Shown here: positions 59,045 to 64,000 of the stretch, piece after piece
Position numbering within the stretch: the first letter of the stretch is position 1
How the letters are laid out: each line of letters starts with the position of its first letter
NCBI GenBank assembly: GCA_963803435.1
Contig: CAWDML010000006.1
Coordinates: 64,001 to 128,000, forward strand
DNA from: an uncultured delta proteobacterium
Lineage (GTDB): Bacteria > Myxococcota > Kuafuiibacteriia > Kuafuiibacteriales > Kuafuiibacteriaceae
DNA: 64,000 nt
Direction of reading: 5' to 3'
Notes under the pieces: model-generated
What the model was told of the DNA's origin: nothing
The model's input: only the letters and a program-made list of their open reading frames with translations
The model's database searches: none
Position numbers and translations under genes: made by a program

Positions 59045-61144
59045 TCAGTGCGCGCAGGTCAGGAGCGCGTCGGTGGCCGATAGAACCTTCCTCGTCATGA
59101 GAAACGCGGCCGACTGTCGGAACAGGTGGAGCTTGCGCGACTCGATCGCGAGCGTTCGGAACGCGTCGAGGGTCCTATCCGCCATCAGAGCGCTCTGGAG
59201 CTGCTCGTCGACCTCGAGGGCCTCGACGACCGCCACGCGTCCCACGTAGCCGGTGCCCTCGCACGCCTCGCAACCGACCGAGATGGGCATCGGCTGCGGG
59301 GTCGCCGCCTCCGCCAGGCCGAACTTGGCGAGGTTCGCCAGCATGGCCGGCGGGGGGACCTCGGTGCGGACGCAGGCGCGGCAGAGCTTGGGAGCCAGTC
59401 GCTGCACCAGGATCGCGGAGCATGCCTGCGCGATCAGCGCCCGCGAGCATCCGAGCCCTTCGAGGCGCTGGATCACCGAGAGGCAGTCGGTGGCGTGGAT
59501 GGAGGTCATCAGGAGGTGGCCCGAGATCGCCGCCTCGGTGGCCATGCGCGCGGTCTCTGGATCGCGCGTCTCTCCCACCACGATGACGTCCGGATCTTGG
59601 CGCAACGCCGCCCGCAGCACGGCCGCGAATCCCAGGCCGATGCCCGCATTCACCTGGACCTGCGTGGTGCCCGGGAGGCGGAACTCGATGGGATCCTCCA
59701 CCATCAGCACGTTGTCGGTCCGTGCCTTCATGCGGTCCGCGAGCATCGAGTAGAGGCTCGAGCTCTTCCCCGAGCCGGTCCCACCGCCAACGACGATCGC
59801 CCCGCCGTTCGCCGTGAGGGCTCGCCGGACCACGTCGAGCACGTGGGCGTCGAGGAACGCCTGATCGAGCGGCCGCAGCATCGAGGCGGCGTCGTGCAGC
59901 CGCATCACCACCTTCTCGCCGCGAACCGCCGGGATCGTGGAGACGCGCAGATCGATCTCGCGACCGCCGACCACCACCCCCAGCCGGCCGTCCTGCGGGA
60001 GGCGGCGCTCGCTGATGTCGAGACCGGCCAGGACCTTGATCCTCGCGACCAGGCTCTTCGCGAACGACGACGGGACCAGCTCGGGGTAGTCGGTGAGGTT
60101 GCCGTTGCGCCGGAAGCGCACCCTGACGCTGGCGCGGTCCGCCTCGATGTGGATGTCGGAGACCTCCTTCGCGATGCCCTCGGCGATGATTCGATTGGCG
60201 AGACGGACGACCTCGTCACCGATGACGCGCAGCTCCTTCTCTGCGTCGCGCTCGGCGTCCTCGACGTCGAACGTCAGGCTGTCGGCGCTGACCCCAGGCC
60301 GCTGGCGGGGACGCGAGGCGCCGGCGGTGGGTTTCAGGCGCGCGATCCAGCTGCTGAGATCGTCGCTGGAGATCGCCACGATCTGAACGTCCACGTGCTG
60401 GAGCAGGCGCCGGATGCTGCTGATCGCGGCCGGGTTGCGCGGGTTCACCAGGCCTACGGTGAGCGTGCGATCGCGAAGGAGCAGCGGCAGGCACTGATGC
60501 TCGTGCATCACGGTGATCGGAACCATGTTGAGCAGCTGATCCGAGGGGTTGTAGTCGGAGACGAAGACGAACGGGATGAGGTCGCCGGTCGACTTCGCGC
60601 CGCGCGCCGGCGTGCCCGGAGCCTCCACGGGCGGAGCGGCGGTGGCAGGTGCGCGGATCCCCATCAGGTTCTGCTTCACCAGCCGCATCGCCAGGCGCTT
60701 CGAGATCGCGTGGCTGACGCCCGGGATCTTCGCGCACAGCTGGCCGAAGAGCTCCTTGGAGATCTCGATCACCGCGCACGCGGTCTGCGCCACCACGGAG
60801 TCTTGATGGGCGGCCTCGAGCAGGACGCCGACGTCCCCATACGGATCGCCGACCTGCAGCTCCTCGATGATGCGCTGCTCGCCCGTGACGGCGTTGACGG
60901 CCGTGAGGTTGGCCTTCCCGCGGGCGAGGATTCCCAGCGTGACGGCGGGTGCACCGGCGCGGACGATGGTGGCTCCCGCCGAATAGCTCTTCGTTTCAAA
61001 ATAACCGGCGATCTTCGCCATCAGGTTCGCGTCGATCTGGAGGAACAGCGAGGACGAGCGCAGCACCTCCTCGACGGCCACCGAGGCCCCGGACGGCGGC
61101 GCGGCTCCGGATCCGGCCTTTCCGTACACCGCATACTCTGCCAT
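59045..61144 (-). CDS. PilB/GspE-family ATPase with N-terminal cNMP-binding-like domain
   Basis: SDIHIE, ERRLPQDGR, GGTGSGKSS, VEDPIE, LRQDPDVIVVGETRD, GHLLMTSIH, CRAC/CEAC; N-terminal CRP-like beta-roll. Confidence 0.9.
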   Translation of the reverse strand: MAEYAVYGKAGSGAAPPSGASVAVEEVLRSSSLFLQIDANLMAKIAGYFETKSYSAGATIVRAGAPAVTLGILARGKANLTAVNAVTGEQRIIEELQVGDPYGDVGVLLEAAHQDSVVAQTACAVIEISKELFGQLCAKIPGVSHAISKRLAMRLVKQNLMGIRAPATAAPPVEAPGTPARGAKSTGDLIPFVFVSDYNPSDQLLNMVPITVMHEHQCLPLLLRDRTLTVGLVNPRNPAAISSIRRLLQHVDVQIVAISSDDLSSWIARLKPTAGASRPRQRPGVSADSLTFDVEDAERDAEKELRVIGDEVVRLANRIIAEGIAKEVSDIHIEADRASVRVRFRRNGNLTDYPELVPSSFAKSLVARIKVLAGLDISERRLPQDGRLGVVVGGREIDLRVSTIPAVRGEKVVMRLHDAASMLRPLDQAFLDAHVLDVVRRALTANGGAIVVGGGTGSGKSSSLYSMLADRMKARTDNVLMVEDPIEFRLPGTTQVQVNAGIGLGFAAVLRAALRQDPDVIVVGETRDPETARMATEAAISGHLLMTSIHATDCLSVIQRLEGLGCSRALIAQACSAILVQRLAPKLCRACVRTEVPPPAMLANLAKFGLAEAATPQPMPISVGCEACEGTGYVGRVAVVEALEVDEQLQSALMADRTLDAFRTLAIESRKLHLFRQSAAFLMTRKVLSATDALLTCAH

Positions 61145-61420
61145 CCGCACGTGAACCTAGACGTGATGGATCTGGCGCTCAATCCGGGCCTCCCGGCGGG
61201 GGCCCCCGACCCGCGAAGCCTTGCGGAATCAGCCCTTGCGCCCCGGTTACCTTATCGCACTCGCGTGGAGCCGCTCCCCTATCGTGCCACCTCGTGGGGC
61301 GATCGTGCCTGGCCGCAGCAGCTCGATCACCGAGTTGAGCAGGCCGGCCCGACTCGACGACCCGTGTGCCATCGGCCGCGCCTGGAGTCTGTCGGGATCG
61401 CTGCGCACGCGCCTCCGCGG

Positions 61421-62350
61421 TCAACCGCCTCGAGACGAACGCCGGCGCTGCCTCGGCGCGGCCTCGTCGCCGGCAGGGATCGCCGCGTGCGCCCTCCGCT
61501 TCGGACCGACCACCAGGATCTCGGTGATGGAGCCGCGCTTGCTCGCCACGGAGTTGATCGCGCGGGTCGCGTTCACCGTCTTCACCTCGAAGCGTTGGTA
61601 GAGCCGGCGGGTGAGCTCGCAGTCGGAGTTGGAGAGGACCACCGGGACGCCGCTCCGGCACAGGAACGCGTAGACCCGGGCGAGCCGCTCGTGCTCGTCG
61701 GTGCCGAACGGATCGGCGAAGTACGACGTGAACGACGACGAGACCGAGAGCGGGACGTAGGGGGGATCGAAGTAGACGGCGTCGCCGCGCCCGGCGGAGG
61801 CGACCGCGCTCTCGAAGTCGCTGACCACGATGGTGGCCCGGGACAGCGCGCGAGAGGCGGCGCGGAGGCGGGCCTCGTTCAGCACACGGGGGTTCTTGTA
61901 ACGCCCGAAGGGGACGTTGAAGCGCCCCTTGCGGTTCACGCGGTAGAGACCGTTGAAGCAGGTCTTGTTGAGATAGAGGAGACGCGCCACGCGATCGACC
62001 TCGGAGAGCTCGGCCGGATCGGTGCCCCGGAGGTCGTAGTAATAGGCCTCGTCGGTCCCGTGGATCGCGTGGTCCGCCAGGGCCTCGATCAGCGCCTCCA
62101 CCTGCGTCTTCACCACGCGGTACGCCTCGACCAGCGCTGGGTTGCGGTCGGCGAGCACCGCCTCCTCGAACCGACCCCCGGCGGCCAACGCGAAGAACAC
62201 GGCGCCGCCGCCGACGAAGGGCTCGTAATAGGTCCGCATGCGATCGGGGAGCCGCGGCAGGATCTCGGGCAACAGCTGGCCCTTGCCGCCGGCCCACTTG
62301 AGGAAGGGTCCCGGCGGGTTCTCGAGGTGGAGCTCGTAGGCAGCGCTCAT
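61421..62350 (-). CDS. dam: DNA adenine methyltransferase, Dam/D12 class
   Basis: FLKWAGGK, YYEPFVGGGAV, LNKTCFNGLYRVN..G.FNVPFG, VYFDPPY, LSNS. Confidence 0.93.
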   Translation of the reverse strand: MSAAYELHLENPPGPFLKWAGGKGQLLPEILPRLPDRMRTYYEPFVGGGAVFFALAAGGRFEEAVLADRNPALVEAYRVVKTQVEALIEALADHAIHGTDEAYYYDLRGTDPAELSEVDRVARLLYLNKTCFNGLYRVNRKGRFNVPFGRYKNPRVLNEARLRAASRALSRATIVVSDFESAVASAGRGDAVYFDPPYVPLSVSSSFTSYFADPFGTDEHERLARVYAFLCRSGVPVVLSNSDCELTRRLYQRFEVKTVNATRAINSVASKRGSITEILVVGPKRRAHAAIPAGDEAAPRQRRRSSRGG

Positions 62351-62428
62351 CGTGTACGCGAGGGTAGGAGGCGATCGCGGAGGCGTCGACTTTTCGATCT
62401 CAAGCTGCTGGTTTTTGGACAGCGCGAT

Positions 62429-63262
62429 CTATTGCGAGTACAGCTCGCCGATTACGCGCTGGGCCGGCGCGCCTTCCCACAGCTCCCGCTCGCCGATCTC
62501 CGTGTGAGGCTCGACGATCGCGCCCGGCGCCACCTTCGCGCGATCACCGATCCGCACGCCCTCCGAGATGATCGCGCCGGTACCGATCGACGCGTAGGAG
62601 CCCAGGTCGACGCCCTTCTCCAGTCGAACGCCCTCACCGATGCTGGCACCCACGCCCACGCGGACGTCCTCGCCGATGATGGCCGCCGGCTCGATGCGCA
62701 CGTCGTGACCGACGGTGGCGCCCGGCATCAGGATCGAGTGCGCACCGATCAGACAACCTTCTCCGATGATCACGGGCGCGATCCGGATCCGTCCGGCGCC
62801 GTGGAGCCCGGCCTCGATCGTCACGCCCGGCTCGAGCTGCGAGCCGGAGCCGATGCTCAGCAGGACCGGCTCGCGGATGACGGTGTGCGACGAGAACCCG
62901 ACGCCGAAGGAGATCCGCGCCCCCAGCGCCTTCAGGAACAGCACGCGGGTGGTGTGAAACGACCAGAACGGAGTGCGTATCAGCGGGTGCATGGCCACCT
63001 CGGTGAACGCCTGCGACACCAGCCAGCGGACGTACTCCCGGTCGGCGCCGATCTTGTGCGCGCCCAGCCGCGGCTTGGGGACCAGCTCGCGCAGCATCGC
63101 GAGGATCACCAGCTCGGCGAAGAAGAACGCGAGGACGCGACCGGCAACATCGAGCCACGGCGGCTCGGCGAGCGGTGGGTAGTAAGCTGCGGCGACCGCG
63201 CCAGATCCGAGCAGGGCCCAGAACAACAGGCGCAGGATGTCTTGCAACACCCGCGCTTTCAC
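62429..63262 (-). CDS. Membrane-anchored hexapeptide-repeat (left-handed beta-helix) protein
   Basis: Two TM segments, LGARI, many IG/VG hexapeptides, WEGAPA; start uncertain. Confidence 0.82.
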   Translation of the reverse strand: MKARVLQDILRLLFWALLGSGAVAAAYYPPLAEPPWLDVAGRVLAFFFAELVILAMLRELVPKPRLGAHKIGADREYVRWLVSQAFTEVAMHPLIRTPFWSFHTTRVLFLKALGARISFGVGFSSHTVIREPVLLSIGSGSQLEPGVTIEAGLHGAGRIRIAPVIIGEGCLIGAHSILMPGATVGHDVRIEPAAIIGEDVRVGVGASIGEGVRLEKGVDLGSYASIGTGAIISEGVRIGDRAKVAPGAIVEPHTEIGERELWEGAPAQRVIGELYSQ

Positions 63263-63290
63263 CGGCTCACGCCGAACGGCCACCGCGCCG

Positions 63291-63968
63291 TCACCCTCCG
63301 CCTTGCTCGAGCTTCGCTTCCTCTCTGTCAGAGTAGGTCGGCTGGCCCGCACCCTCCCACTCCAGGAGGCCCTTCACCAGCGGGACCACCTCGTGCGAAG
63401 TGGTGCCCGCCAGCTTCTCGGCCAGCGCCGTCGAGCGTTCGCCGGTGCGGCAGATGAGCACCACCAGGCCGCCGGCCTCCACGTCCTCGAGCGCCTCCGC
63501 GACCTGGTCCTCGGGCATGCACAGCGCCCGCCGGAGATGGCTCCGCGAGAAGTCGCGCGCATCACGGACGTCGATCAGCGTGATCGGCGCGCCCTGCGCC
63601 AGGAGCTGCGAGAGCTCGTCGACGGTGATCCCCGCCTTGCGCAGCGCCGGGAGGTTCTCCTCCAGGAAGCGGACCAGCATGTGCTTGGGCAGCGCGCCCT
63701 GCACGCTCTTGGTGGGCCGACCGTTCACGAAGAGGATCATGGTCGGGATCGACTGGATGCGGAGCGCCTGCGCGATCACCGGGGAGCGATCGACGTCGAG
63801 CTTGGCGACCGTCAGCTCGGCCTCGTACGTCTGGGACAGCTCCTCCAGGACGGGCGCCACCGCCCGGCAGGGCGCACACCAGGTGGCCCAGAAATCCACC
63901 AGGACCGGCTTGTCGCTCTTGAGGACTCTCTGCTCGAAGGTGGCGTCGGTGACCTCGACAGTCGGCAT
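63291..63968 (-). CDS. Thioredoxin-rhodanese fusion
   Basis: VDFWATWCAPC, SIPT; LIDVR..DF..SHL, ICRTGERS, GLLEW. Confidence 0.9.
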   Translation of the reverse strand: MPTVEVTDATFEQRVLKSDKPVLVDFWATWCAPCRAVAPVLEELSQTYEAELTVAKLDVDRSPVIAQALRIQSIPTMILFVNGRPTKSVQGALPKHMLVRFLEENLPALRKAGITVDELSQLLAQGAPITLIDVRDARDFSRSHLRRALCMPEDQVAEALEDVEAGGLVVLICRTGERSTALAEKLAGTTSHEVVPLVKGLLEWEGAGQPTYSDREEAKLEQGGG

Positions 63969-64000
63969 GAGCCTTCGAGCGTAGTACGAATGCGCTAGTC

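Noticed and set aside
59126-63457. 1443-aa + strand ORF
   Set aside because: Antisense shadow of the ATPase, dam and beta-helix genes; such stop-free shadows are common in high-GC DNA.

Overview
This is a high-GC window with myxobacterial (Myxococcota-like) hallmarks: six Ser/Thr kinase-fold genes (two of them pseudokinases), PEGA, TPR, PilZ and DUF4388-like proteins, many lipoproteins and a MYXO-CTERM protein. Housekeeping content includes tRNA-Phe, a SAM-I riboswitch over thrC-hom, cyaY, a DHS-like gene, an SDR, an MFS transporter, a lipase with a FadL-type porin, a Dam-family methyltransferase and a thioredoxin-rhodanese fusion. A decayed island (about 4.8-11.9 kb) ends at the 3' end of tRNA-Phe. 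It holds an IS91-family transposase pseudogene, a 744-aa orphan, a colicin E3-like toxin tip with a coupled putative immunity gene, and fragments of PHP, methyltransferase and integrase genes. The most notable observations are: (1) two different 50-bp insertions with the same GGA-loop double-hairpin fold inside the transposase; (2) eight frameshifts in five genes that all read GATTC on the + strand where GATC restores the frame, probably a base-calling footprint of GATC methylation; (3) a cNMP-domain PilB/GspE ATPase paired with a membrane kinase; (4) a lipoprotein of four ~260-aa Cys-pinned repeats; (5) a candidate ~180-nt structured sRNA. All family assignments come from motif recognition by eye; no database search was run.
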